DNA of 64,000 bases, taken from a virus. Where the stretch lies: the IMG/VR virus record IMGVR_UViG_3300020733_000010, positions 64,001 to 128,000 of that record; one strand, 5' to 3'. The notes under the pieces are model-generated. The model had not been told where the DNA came from. It searched no databases and worked only from the letters and a program-made list of their open reading frames with translations. The position numbers and the translations under genes were made by a program. The stretch's first letter is position 1. Each line of letters opens with the position of its first letter. This document shows, in pieces, positions 34,164 through 43,499 of this stretch.

Positions 34164-36656
34164 ATGGCAGATAATTTTACCCCAGATCAACTAGAAGTAT
34201 TCAGACAAATCACTGAACAAATGAGCAGTTTGAATACTGCCATAGATCCAGTGATTGCTTCTAAAAAGGCAGAACAAATGGCCGCTATGGAGCTTGCAAA
34301 TGGTATTAAGCAGAGTACATTAAAAGCAGTTCATGGTCTTGAAAACTTTACCGGTGCTCTTGTTAACGGTAAAGACGGATACAAAAAATACGGAAAAGCA
34401 GTTCAAGAAGTTACTGATGGTTTTGGTGATTTGCTTGAAGTCATTGGATTGTTTACACTAGCACTTGACCCATTAATAGGTGTAGGTTTACTTATAGGTG
34501 GAAAACTTACTAAGTCTATTGGTGACTTTGTTGAGACTGCAACAGAACGAAATGATGAGCTATTAAAATCATTTAGAAACTTAAGTGAGTTCGGGGATAT
34601 AACCGCAGGTGGTCTTGAAGGTTTAAACGACCAACTACATAGATTTGGTTATACATTCCAAGATGCTGAGAAATTTGTAAATTTGATTAAAGGTGCTGCA
34701 CCAGAGCTTGCACGTTTTGGTGATAGTGTTAGTGATGGAACAGCACGTTTAGGTGAACTATCAGGTGAAATATTAAATGGACCTATCGAATTCCAATTAA
34801 GAAGATTGGGATATACAACTGATGATGTAAACAAAGAACTAGCAGTGTATGCACAAACTCAAGTTAGATTGGGAATGTCACAGCGTAAATCAGTTGCTCA
34901 AATGACCGAAGAGTTTACACAATTAGCAAAACTCACGGCAGAAATTAACGAATACACTGGAATGGAACGTGACGAGATTGCTAAGAAAATGGAAGCAACT
35001 CAACGTGACATTGCATGGCAATTGTACTCACAAGAGTTAGCTGAGAAAGACGCAGATAAAGCAAGAAAAGCATCTAACTTTATGACTGAAATTGGCACTG
35101 CTTACAATGATGAAGTAGAAGGTCAAATTAAAAAGATCATTATGTTAGGGGGAGCCACAGAAGATACAGTTGGTGCAATTCAATCATTCCCTAATATTTT
35201 CCAGGACTATGAAGATTACATTAACTCTGACCAGATAGGTCAGCGAGATGAAGTACGTAATAGAATGAAACAAGAAGTTTACGAACGTTCAAAACAGATA
35301 AACTACCAAAACCTTGCATTAATGGGTGATGGGGTTAAGAACTTTTCAGTAAACCTACAGGCACAATCAAAGGCATTTGAAATGGCAACAGGAGCAAGAA
35401 TTAACGCAGAGAAACGTGTGATTGAGGCTTTGACTCGCCATTCAGAATTGTTAGAAGAAAATAACTTACAAGAAGTTATGAACCGCAATAACCGAATTGC
35501 ACAAGACAGAATAGGTATGTTAGCAACTAAGGGTTTGGTTGGTGGAATCAATTCACTTGAAAAAGCAACATATAGTGCATTTAGAACTATGGGTGCAGCT
35601 ATTGATTGGGTCACAAGTTTTTTACCTGAAGGATGGAGAACACATCTCAAACAAGATTTACCTGAAATGAAAGATCAGGGCGATCTAAAAGAATTACAGG
35701 ATCAAAACGAAACACTTAAAAAGCGTGAGGATTTACTCAAACAATTACTTGATAATGCTGAGTATAAGAATATGACTTTGGGTCAGATTTTTGACAAAGA
35801 AGTTGACCGAGCAAAAGATATCAATGCACAACTTAAAAAAGAAAAAGATGCAACTGAACGAGACAGATTACAAAAAGAGTTAAAAGATGTTCGTGACAGA
35901 TTAAACTCAATACGTGATGAAGAATACTCTGATGATAAAGGTCAGATGAAAGGTGATGTAAAACAGCATTTAGAGCGTTTAAAAGCTCAACAAGCATCAA
36001 CTACAAATCAAATTGCAACATTACAAACTCAACTTGGAATGAATTCAGGAGGTGGTGGAACTAGTAATGGAAATAGCGGTAATGCGTTAAGCGGTGATTA
36101 TGGTAAAGTTACTCCAACAACATTAGCTGCTATTGAAAAAATGCATGAAATATACGGTGGTAGAGTACCGCCGCATGGCACTACCCAAGGTGAACATGAT
36201 GATCCGGCTCATTATAGGGGCACAGCATTTGATTATGTACTACCTGATGATATGGCTCCTAAGACTAAAGCAGAGGCTGATATATTAGCTGAAACTATTA
36301 AACAACAATTGGGCGCTACCCGAGTACTCGAAGAATACTTTGACAAATATGATAAGACAGTTGGTCATGTCATGCACATCAATATGGGTGCAGCAAATGG
36401 CGGATTAATATCAGGACCTAAATCAGGATACCCATTCTTGGGTCATGGTACTGAACTTGTTATACCAGGTGCAGATAAACTCAAAGAATTCAAAGGTGGA
36501 AGTAAAGAGCCGTTGAGTAGCATATTTGGCGGTGATGACAACAAAGAAATGATAGAACTATTAACCGAATTCAACAGTAAAATGGATAGCTTCATTTATA
36601 TAATGGAATCTAACAACGGTATACAAGAGAACATTTTGCGCCACATGAAGGTCTAA
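34164..36656 (+). CDS. Tape measure protein with C-terminal M15-like peptidase motif, 830 aa
   Basis: Long helical/coiled-coil composition, an N-terminal hydrophobic stretch (VIGLFTLALDPLIGVGLLIGG), HYRGTAFD...HVMHIN motif and a GG.ISGP.SGY...HGTELVIP terminal motif; sits next to the chaperone genes. Confidence 0.75.
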   Translation: MADNFTPDQLEVFRQITEQMSSLNTAIDPVIASKKAEQMAAMELANGIKQSTLKAVHGLENFTGALVNGKDGYKKYGKAVQEVTDGFGDLLEVIGLFTLALDPLIGVGLLIGGKLTKSIGDFVETATERNDELLKSFRNLSEFGDITAGGLEGLNDQLHRFGYTFQDAEKFVNLIKGAAPELARFGDSVSDGTARLGELSGEILNGPIEFQLRRLGYTTDDVNKELAVYAQTQVRLGMSQRKSVAQMTEEFTQLAKLTAEINEYTGMERDEIAKKMEATQRDIAWQLYSQELAEKDADKARKASNFMTEIGTAYNDEVEGQIKKIIMLGGATEDTVGAIQSFPNIFQDYEDYINSDQIGQRDEVRNRMKQEVYERSKQINYQNLALMGDGVKNFSVNLQAQSKAFEMATGARINAEKRVIEALTRHSELLEENNLQEVMNRNNRIAQDRIGMLATKGLVGGINSLEKATYSAFRTMGAAIDWVTSFLPEGWRTHLKQDLPEMKDQGDLKELQDQNETLKKREDLLKQLLDNAEYKNMTLGQIFDKEVDRAKDINAQLKKEKDATERDRLQKELKDVRDRLNSIRDEEYSDDKGQMKGDVKQHLERLKAQQASTTNQIATLQTQLGMNSGGGGTSNGNSGNALSGDYGKVTPTTLAAIEKMHEIYGGRVPPHGTTQGEHDDPAHYRGTAFDYVLPDDMAPKTKAEADILAETIKQQLGATRVLEEYFDKYDKTVGHVMHINMGAANGGLISGPKSGYPFLGHGTELVIPGADKLKEFKGGSKEPLSSIFGGDDNKEMIELLTEFNSKMDSFIYIMESNNGIQENILRHMKV

Positions 36657-36658
36657 CC

Positions 36659-36666
36659 GATAAATA
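36659..36666 (+). promoter_or_regulatory. Late-like promoter box GATAAATA before portal
   Basis: Immediately upstream of the ATG at 36671. Confidence 0.6.
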
Positions 36667-36670
36667 GAAT

Positions 36671-38446
36671 ATGAGTCATAAAAAGCGTTTTTCCAATTTA
36701 ACCGGACAGATGAGTCCAATCGGTGGCGGTAATAACAACACTGGTGCATGGAACGGTCCTAACACTGAACCAACCGGTGGTTGGCAAAACAGTGACTTTG
36801 GTTACAAGAACTATCAAAGTCGTTTACCTGAAGTTTATACAGGTCACCCTAATCGTATTGAACGTTATAATCAATATGAAATGATGGACGTAGATGCTGA
36901 AATTAATGCATGTTTAGACATTATTGCTGAGTTCAGCACACAGAAAAACGAACAAAATAACACGCCTTTTGAGATTGTTTTCAATGAAGATCCTACTCCA
37001 CATGAAGTAGAACTAATCAAAAAACAACTACAACAATGGTGTAAACTAAACGAATTTGACACTAGAGTGTTCAAAATCTTCCGTAATGCTATCAAATACG
37101 GAGATCAAGTATTCTTACGTGATCCAGAAAACTTCAAGTTATACTGGATTGACATGACAAAAATTAGCAAAGTTATTGTTAATGAAACTGAGGGTAAGAA
37201 ACCAGAACAATATGTTATCAAAGACATTAACCCTAATTTACAGAATCTTGCAGCAGCAGAAAAGACTACAACAGACTTTCAAGCACAACCTCCAACAGCA
37301 GGTTATAGTGCTCCATACAGTTACACAGTTCCAAATGAACCATATGGTACAACTGGATCACGTTTTAGTTTAGGTATTAACGAAGCCGCTGTAGATGCAA
37401 AACATGTAGTTCATCTAAGTTTAACTGAAGGCTTAGACCGATACTGGCCTTTTGGTCAGAGTGTGTTAGAAAACATCTTTAAAGTTTACAAGCAAAAAGA
37501 ATTGCTTGAAGATGCTATTCTAATCTATCGTGTGCAACGTGCCCCGGAACGTAGAGTGTTCAAAATTGACGTTGGTAATATGCCAGCACACATGGCAATG
37601 GCATTCGTTGACCGTGTTAAAAACGAAATTCACCAAAGACGCATCCCAAGTATCAACGGTGGACAATCAGTGATGGATGCTACTTATAACCCATTAAGTA
37701 TCAACGAAGACTATTTTTTCCCTGTTACCGCAGATGGTCGTGGTAGTGATGTCACAATGCTTCAAGGTGGACAGAACTTAGGCGAGATTGACGATTTACG
37801 TTATTTCAACAATAGACTAGCACGTGGTCTACGTGTTCCAAGTAGTTATTTGCCGCAAGGTCCTGAAGACAATCCTATGCCATTGAGTGATGGACGTGTT
37901 GGTACAGCAATGATTCAAGAGTTCCGTTTCAATCAATATTGCGAACGACTACAAAAATACATCAGCCAAAAATTAGATGACGAATTCAAATTGTTTATGC
38001 GTTGGAGAGGGTTCAATATTGACAGTTCATTGTTTGATATCAAGTTTAATGCACCGCAAAACTTTGCTGCATATCGTCAAAGTGAACTAGATAACGCACG
38101 TGTAGCAGTGTTCCAAACAATGGAAGCATTCCCATATATCAGCAAACGTTTTGCTATGACTCGTTTCTTGGGATTGACTGAGGAAGAGATTGAAGAAAAT
38201 AGTCGCTTATGGTTTGAAGAACGTGAAGAACCAGAAGATAGTAACACATCAGGTAGTGATTTACGTAGTATTGGTATCAGTCAGGGTGATATGGAAACTG
38301 ATAGTGAAACTGCCGAAAACATGCCAGATGAAAATGAAATGAATACACAAATGCCACCTGAGATAGGCCCAGGCGTTCAAGGCCCAGAGTCTATGCCAGC
38401 TAATGCGGGTATAGGTGGCGGTGGACCTGGTGCTCCTTCAATGTAA
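36671..38446 (+). CDS. gp20: Portal protein (gp20)
   Basis: LEDAILIYRVQRAPERRVFKIDVGNMP...EDYFFP...YF...L.VPSSYL are T4 gp20 family motifs. Confidence 0.95.
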   Translation: MSHKKRFSNLTGQMSPIGGGNNNTGAWNGPNTEPTGGWQNSDFGYKNYQSRLPEVYTGHPNRIERYNQYEMMDVDAEINACLDIIAEFSTQKNEQNNTPFEIVFNEDPTPHEVELIKKQLQQWCKLNEFDTRVFKIFRNAIKYGDQVFLRDPENFKLYWIDMTKISKVIVNETEGKKPEQYVIKDINPNLQNLAAAEKTTTDFQAQPPTAGYSAPYSYTVPNEPYGTTGSRFSLGINEAAVDAKHVVHLSLTEGLDRYWPFGQSVLENIFKVYKQKELLEDAILIYRVQRAPERRVFKIDVGNMPAHMAMAFVDRVKNEIHQRRIPSINGGQSVMDATYNPLSINEDYFFPVTADGRGSDVTMLQGGQNLGEIDDLRYFNNRLARGLRVPSSYLPQGPEDNPMPLSDGRVGTAMIQEFRFNQYCERLQKYISQKLDDEFKLFMRWRGFNIDSSLFDIKFNAPQNFAAYRQSELDNARVAVFQTMEAFPYISKRFAMTRFLGLTEEEIEENSRLWFEEREEPEDSNTSGSDLRSIGISQGDMETDSETAENMPDENEMNTQMPPEIGPGVQGPESMPANAGIGGGGPGAPSM

Positions 38447-38454
38447 GATAAATA
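38447..38454 (+). promoter_or_regulatory. Late-like promoter box GATAAATA
   Basis: Directly after the portal stop and before the 73-aa gene. Confidence 0.55.
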
Positions 38455-38461
38455 ATATACT

Positions 38462-38683
38462 ATGAAATTATACGAAATGTTTGATCCAGCAATTGACGGG
38501 ATGCAGGACTTAGGTTCTGATAACTCTGCACCTAAGTGGAAAGAAACTCGTAAGACCAAATTAACACTTAGACAGATTCGTAAATTACGTAAAATGTTAG
38601 ATGTTCGCAATTATGAACGTGCTAAAAATCTTATTAAGATACGCAAACAATACGAACCTGTCGCTGAACAACCTTCTCTATAA
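38462..38683 (+). CDS. Small basic head-associated protein, 73 aa
   Basis: K/R-rich (RKTKLTLRQIRKLRKM), between portal and core genes, with its own late-like box. Confidence 0.7.
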   Translation: MKLYEMFDPAIDGMQDLGSDNSAPKWKETRKTKLTLRQIRKLRKMLDVRNYERAKNLIKIRKQYEPVAEQPSL

Positions 38684-38703
38684 TCCACTAAAGTTAGTGG
38701 ATT
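38682..38703 (+). terminator. Perfect hairpin AATCCACTA-aagt-TAGTGGATT after the 73-aa gene
   Basis: 9-bp perfect stem directly at the stop codon, with only a short T tract. Confidence 0.45.
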
Positions 38704-38765
38704 TCCTATATCTTTAACAAAAACGTAAAAAAATACTAGTTATTGAGCAGTTTTTAGTGATACCC

Positions 38766-38773
38766 ACTAAATA
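38766..38773 (+). promoter_or_regulatory. Late-like promoter box ACTAAATA heading the core-protease-scaffold-capsid operon
   Basis: Upstream of the AGGAG RBS and the ATG at 38813. Confidence 0.55.
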
Positions 38774-38812
38774 ATTTTACACAAGCCATTTCTATATCAG
38801 GAGAACAATACA

Positions 38813-39673
38813 ATGGATAATAAAAAGTTTGAACAACTTATTGATTTGATTATCAATGAGGACGAAGCCAAAGCATCAGCTTTGTTTCACGATATCGTAG
38901 TTGAAAAAAGCCGCGAAATCTATGAATCATTGATGGATGAAGAAGGCATGGCAAGCACTGACCAAGTTGGTGGATTGCTAGATGAAATTTCTGCCGAAGA
39001 AGAAGGCATGACTGAAGATGAAGACGAATTTGCTGACATGGGTGATGACGGCGAAGGCGAAGAAGTCGATTTAGATTCTGATGAATTTGGTCATGAAGAC
39101 GGCGAAGAAGATTTAGAAGACCGTGTCGTTGACTTGGAAGACAAGTTAGACGAATTGATGGCCGAGTTTGAAGAACTAATGGCTAAAGAAGACGGTGAAG
39201 AACACGGTGAAGACTTCGGTGACGAAGGCGAAGAACACGGTGATGACATGATGGAATCTTCTGAAGATGATGAAGAAGAAGACATGATGGAAGCATCTGA
39301 AGATGATGAAGATGAAGAAGAAACTTTGGAAGAAGCAGTTCAATTGCAAAAAGTTTCTGTTACACACGGTGACAACGGTGCGTACACAAAAAGCCCATCA
39401 TTGAACAAAAATACAAAAATCTCTAGCAATGGTGCTAAAGTTGTATCATTAGGTGGCGGTGAGTCAACTAAAGGTGGTACACAAGGTGGTTTGTTAAACC
39501 CAGCAACTAAAGACTTACCAGGCGCAGGTAAATTCAAAAATGCTCCAGGCAAAGGTAACTTCAGTGAAAAAGGTGAAGCAGCTCCAAAACCAAAGCATGG
39601 TGATGACGGTCAAAACACTAAGTCTATCGTAGGTGAATCTCGTAAGACTACTAAGAAAATCATTAGAAAATAA
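38813..39673 (+). CDS. Highly acidic prohead core protein, 286 aa
   Basis: D/E-rich low-complexity centre with a short tandem DMME(S/A)SEDDE repeat; position matches T4 gp67/68 core genes. Confidence 0.65.
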   Translation: MDNKKFEQLIDLIINEDEAKASALFHDIVVEKSREIYESLMDEEGMASTDQVGGLLDEISAEEEGMTEDEDEFADMGDDGEGEEVDLDSDEFGHEDGEEDLEDRVVDLEDKLDELMAEFEELMAKEDGEEHGEDFGDEGEEHGDDMMESSEDDEEEDMMEASEDDEDEEETLEEAVQLQKVSVTHGDNGAYTKSPSLNKNTKISSNGAKVVSLGGGESTKGGTQGGLLNPATKDLPGAGKFKNAPGKGNFSEKGEAAPKPKHGDDGQNTKSIVGESRKTTKKIIRK

Positions 39674-39687
39674 GGATACCTGAGAGA

Positions 39688-40323
39688 ATGGCTTTGTATC
39701 TCAAGGAGAACCTAACATTTGATAGAGCCAATATGGTTCTTGAGAGTGAAGGTGAAGGCAGTAAGAAGTCCCTTTATATGAAAGGGATCTTTATTCAGGG
39801 CGGGGTACGTAATGCAAACGAGCGTGTGTATCCTGTATCTGAAATTGAAGCTGCTGTTAATACTCTTAATCAGCAAATCTCAGAAGGTTTATCCGTATTG
39901 GGTGAAGTAGATCACCCTGATGATTTAAAAATCAATTTGGATCGTGTTTCACATATGATTACATCTATGTGGATGGATGGTGCAAATGGATTCGGCAAAC
40001 TAAAAATACTTCCTACTCCAATGGGACAACTAGTTAGTACTATGTTAGAAAGTGGAGTTAAGTTAGGTGTTAGTAGCAGAGGAAGCGGAAACGTGGACGA
40101 TGCATCAGGAAAGGTTAGTGACTTTGAAATAGTCACTGTGGATATTGTCGCACAACCTAGTGCGCCTAATGCTTACCCTAAAGCAATTTATGAAGGTATG
40201 ATGAATATGCGTCATGGTCATAAATTGTTGGGTATTGCAAAAGAAGCACAAAACGACAGTAAAGTACAGAGATACTTGAAGGATGAGGTAACTCGTCTAA
40301 TCAATGATCTCAAAATTAAATAA
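39688..40323 (+). CDS. gp21: Prohead protease (gp21)
   Basis: GIFIQGGVRNANERVYP...LGEVDHP...GVSSRGSG...DIVAQPSAPNAY. Confidence 0.95.
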   Translation: MALYLKENLTFDRANMVLESEGEGSKKSLYMKGIFIQGGVRNANERVYPVSEIEAAVNTLNQQISEGLSVLGEVDHPDDLKINLDRVSHMITSMWMDGANGFGKLKILPTPMGQLVSTMLESGVKLGVSSRGSGNVDDASGKVSDFEIVTVDIVAQPSAPNAYPKAIYEGMMNMRHGHKLLGIAKEAQNDSKVQRYLKDEVTRLINDLKIK

Positions 40324-40335
40324 GGGGATACCAGC

Positions 40336-41433
40336 ATGTTAGATGCTATCAAACCATTACTTGAAAGCGGTATCATCAATGAAGAAACTAGTGTTGCGAT
40401 TAACGAAGCATGGGAATCTAAATTGAACGAAGCTCGTGAACAAGTGCGTTCAGAATTGCGTGAGGAATTCGCACAACGTTATGAACATGACAAAACAATA
40501 ATGGTAGAAGCCCTAGATAAAATGATGACAGACGGTCTCAATGCTGAAATTGCAGAATTTCAACAAGAGAAACTAGCTATGAACGAAGACCGCGTTAAAG
40601 CACAACGTAAGTTACAAGAAAATGTAACCAAAGTAAATGACTTTATGATTACTAAACTAAGTGAAGAAATCAAAGAGTTACGTGCTGAACGTAAACTACA
40701 AACAGAAAGCCAACAAAAGCTAGAACAATTTATTGTTCATGCACTATCACGTGAAATCAAAGAATTCTCACAAGATAAGCAAGCTGTTATTGAAGCTAAG
40801 GTCAAGTTAGTAGCAGAAGGTCGTCAACAATTGGAAGCATTGAAAGCAAAATTTGTTGCTGAAAGTGCCAAGAGAGTTAACGAATCTGTTGTTAAACATT
40901 TGAAGGGTGAATTAAGCCAATTGAAAGAAGATATTATGACTGCCCGTGAAAACGATTTTGGTCGTAGAATCTTTGAATCTTTCGCTAGTGAATTCAGTGC
41001 TACTCACTTAAATGAGAAAGCGGAAACACGTAAGTTGTTTACACAACTTAAAGAGAAAGATGCTCAATTAGCAGAATCTATCAAAACAATCAGCAACGCT
41101 AAGAAGTTGATTGAAAGCAAAGAACGTGAAGTTCGTATTATCAAAGAATCTAATGTCCGTCAAAAGACAATGGAAGAATTGCTATCTACTCTAAATGAAG
41201 AAAAAGCAAGTGTAATGCGTAACTTACTAGAAAGCGTCCAAACACCTCGTCTACAGGCCGCTTTCGATAAATATCTACCAAGTGTATTGAATACTATTAC
41301 AGAGAAGAAAGAAGTTAAAAAACCTGTCTTATCTGAAAGTAAAGCAATCACTGGTGATAAAACTGTTAAACAGGTTGAAGTCGAAGAACGTGGAAACGTT
41401 ATTGACCTTAAGCGTTTGGCAGGGCTTAAATAA
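40336..41433 (+). CDS. gp22: Prohead scaffold (gp22-like), 365 aa
   Basis: Coiled-coil E/K-rich protein between protease and capsid genes; ends LKRLAGLK. Confidence 0.85.
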   Translation: MLDAIKPLLESGIINEETSVAINEAWESKLNEAREQVRSELREEFAQRYEHDKTIMVEALDKMMTDGLNAEIAEFQQEKLAMNEDRVKAQRKLQENVTKVNDFMITKLSEEIKELRAERKLQTESQQKLEQFIVHALSREIKEFSQDKQAVIEAKVKLVAEGRQQLEALKAKFVAESAKRVNESVVKHLKGELSQLKEDIMTARENDFGRRIFESFASEFSATHLNEKAETRKLFTQLKEKDAQLAESIKTISNAKKLIESKEREVRIIKESNVRQKTMEELLSTLNEEKASVMRNLLESVQTPRLQAAFDKYLPSVLNTITEKKEVKKPVLSESKAITGDKTVKQVEVEERGNVIDLKRLAGLK

Positions 41434-41458
41434 AGACATAAATTAGGAGAATATATAA

Positions 41459-42655
41459 ATGTCACAAGTTCTATTAGAAAGCCGTTGGGACGAGACCAAA
41501 GAAGCCCTACTCGAAGGTCTTAAAGGTACTCGTAAATCAACAATGGGTGTTATCTTGGAAAACACTCGCAAATCGTTATTGGCTGAATCTTCAGCTGGTA
41601 CAACAACAGCTGGTAACATCGCTACATTAAACCGTGTTATTTTGCCAGTTATCCGTCGTGTCATGCCAACAGTTATCGCTAACGAGTTGGTTGGTGTTCA
41701 ACCAATGACAGGACCAGTTGGTCAAATTCATACACTACGTGTACGTTACGCTCAATCATTGAATGATACAAGTGCAGCAGGAACTAGCGTTAACGCTGGT
41801 GACGAAGCATTGAGTCCATTCAAGATTGCTCAGGCATACTCAAGCCAACCTAACGCATCAGGTTCTTCTGGAATCTATACTGCTAATAATACAGCAGCGT
41901 TAGAAGGCAACGGTGGTAAACAAATCAGCGTACAAATCTTGCGTCAAGCTGTTGAAGCTAAGTCACGTAAGTTGCAAGCACGTTGGACATTCGAAGCTGC
42001 TCAAGACGCACAAAGCCAACATGGTATTGACGTTGAAGCAGAAATCATGGCCGCTTTAGCACAAGAAATTACTGCTGAAATCGACCAAGAAATTCTATTG
42101 TCATTGTCAACATTGGCTACACAAGAAGAAACATACAACCAAGCTACTGTATCTGGTACAGCTACATTCGTTGGTGATGAACACGCTGCTTTGGCTGTTC
42201 TAATCAACCGTGTTGCTAACAAGATCGCTCAACGCACACGCCGTGGTGCTGGTAACTGGGCTGTTGTATCTCCACAAGCATTGACAGTATTGCAATCTGC
42301 AACTACTTCTGCTTTCGCTCGTACAACAGAAGGTACATTCGAAGCTCCAACAAATACAAAATTCGTTGGTACATTGAATGGTGCTATGCGTGTATTCGTT
42401 AACACATATGCTAACGATGGCACACCAGTTCTAGTTGGTTACAAAGGTTCATCTGAAACAGATGCAGCAGCATTCTATTGCCCATACATTCCATTGATGA
42501 GCAGTGGTGTTGTTCTAGACCCAACAACATTCGAACCAGTCGTATCATTTATGACACGTTATGGTTACATCGAATTGACAAACACTGCATCTAGCTTCGG
42601 CAATGCAGCGGATTACTTGGGTGAAATCGCAATGAACAATATCAGCTTCCAATAA
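41459..42655 (+). CDS. gp23: Major capsid protein (gp23), 398 aa
   Basis: LVGVQPMTGPVGQI...A(K)SRKLQARWTFEAAQD...HGIDVEAEI...EIDQEI...FYCPYIPL...FMTRYG. Confidence 0.97.
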   Translation: MSQVLLESRWDETKEALLEGLKGTRKSTMGVILENTRKSLLAESSAGTTTAGNIATLNRVILPVIRRVMPTVIANELVGVQPMTGPVGQIHTLRVRYAQSLNDTSAAGTSVNAGDEALSPFKIAQAYSSQPNASGSSGIYTANNTAALEGNGGKQISVQILRQAVEAKSRKLQARWTFEAAQDAQSQHGIDVEAEIMAALAQEITAEIDQEILLSLSTLATQEETYNQATVSGTATFVGDEHAALAVLINRVANKIAQRTRRGAGNWAVVSPQALTVLQSATTSAFARTTEGTFEAPTNTKFVGTLNGAMRVFVNTYANDGTPVLVGYKGSSETDAAAFYCPYIPLMSSGVVLDPTTFEPVVSFMTRYGYIELTNTASSFGNAADYLGEIAMNNISFQ

Positions 42656-42701
42656 TTGGACTGATAAAACTTTTTACCCTCGGGATGGGAAGTTTACAAT
42701 C

Positions 42702-42725
42702 AAGCACACTTCGGTGTGCTTTTTT
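42702..42725 (+). terminator. Rho-independent terminator after major capsid gene
   Basis: AAGCACAC-TTCG-GTGTGCTT followed by a T run (cUUCGg loop). Confidence 0.9.
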
Positions 42726-42757
42726 GTTGGTGTTACAGGTATGTATTGTCATTTAAT

Positions 42758-42765
42758 GATAAATA
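42758..42765 (+). promoter_or_regulatory. Late-like promoter box GATAAATA heading the fibre gene cluster
   Basis: Same core motif, after the capsid terminator. Confidence 0.6.
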
Positions 42766-42792
42766 AGATATAAGATAATATTTGGGACCATA

Positions 42793-43488
42793 ATGGCAAA
42801 CATAGATCCATTCAATTCAGTAGGCGGTTATACAGTAGGAATTCCACCAGTACCATTCATTGATACAAATGGTAACTTGACAGTACCACGTGCAAACATA
42901 GGTAATGTGCAAGTATCAGGTGACTCTTTGTTTGTTGGTAATGTACAAGCAAACTTGTTTATTGGTAGCTTCAGCGGTAATATTGTAGGTAACGTTGTCG
43001 TTCCTGGTCAGAACACACAAGTATTATATAATGACAATGGAAACGCCGGAGCAAGCTCAGGATTCACATTTGATAGTACAGCACAATTAGTTACTGTTCA
43101 CGGCGATTTAGTTGCAAACACTATCACTTTGGGTTCAGGTGACAATGAATTTAGCACACAGTCTGTATTATTTGCAACTACTGCAAGTTCAGCATCAGCA
43201 CAAATATTGTATTCAATACCAGTGACAAGTATTTGTAGTATTGACTTTACAATCATCGCAACTGATGCAACTGCACAAGCAAGACAGACTAGTAAATTGT
43301 TTGCAGCAGTATATGGCACAGATGTTGGATTCTACGAGTATGGTACAATTGACGTACCACAAAGTAGTTCAGGCGTAGGAGATTTTAGTGTAGCATATGA
43401 TGGTACAAGTTCAGTGAATCTGTTAGTTACTCCAGCTACATCAAACTTGATTAATTATAAAATAATGATAACAAGTTATAAAGAATAA
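42793..43488 (+). CDS. Virion fibre-family protein, short paralog, 231 aa
   Basis: N-terminal FNSVGGYTVG and a C-terminal ~90-aa domain shared with the next three genes. Confidence 0.75.
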   Translation: MANIDPFNSVGGYTVGIPPVPFIDTNGNLTVPRANIGNVQVSGDSLFVGNVQANLFIGSFSGNIVGNVVVPGQNTQVLYNDNGNAGASSGFTFDSTAQLVTVHGDLVANTITLGSGDNEFSTQSVLFATTASSASAQILYSIPVTSICSIDFTIIATDATAQARQTSKLFAAVYGTDVGFYEYGTIDVPQSSSGVGDFSVAYDGTSSVNLLVTPATSNLINYKIMITSYKE

Positions 43489-43499
43489 GGAAAAGAAAA

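Noticed and set aside
39197-39320. GAAGAT-type short tandem repeats
   Set aside because: Explained by the Asp/Glu-rich coding of the core protein; not a phase-variable tract.
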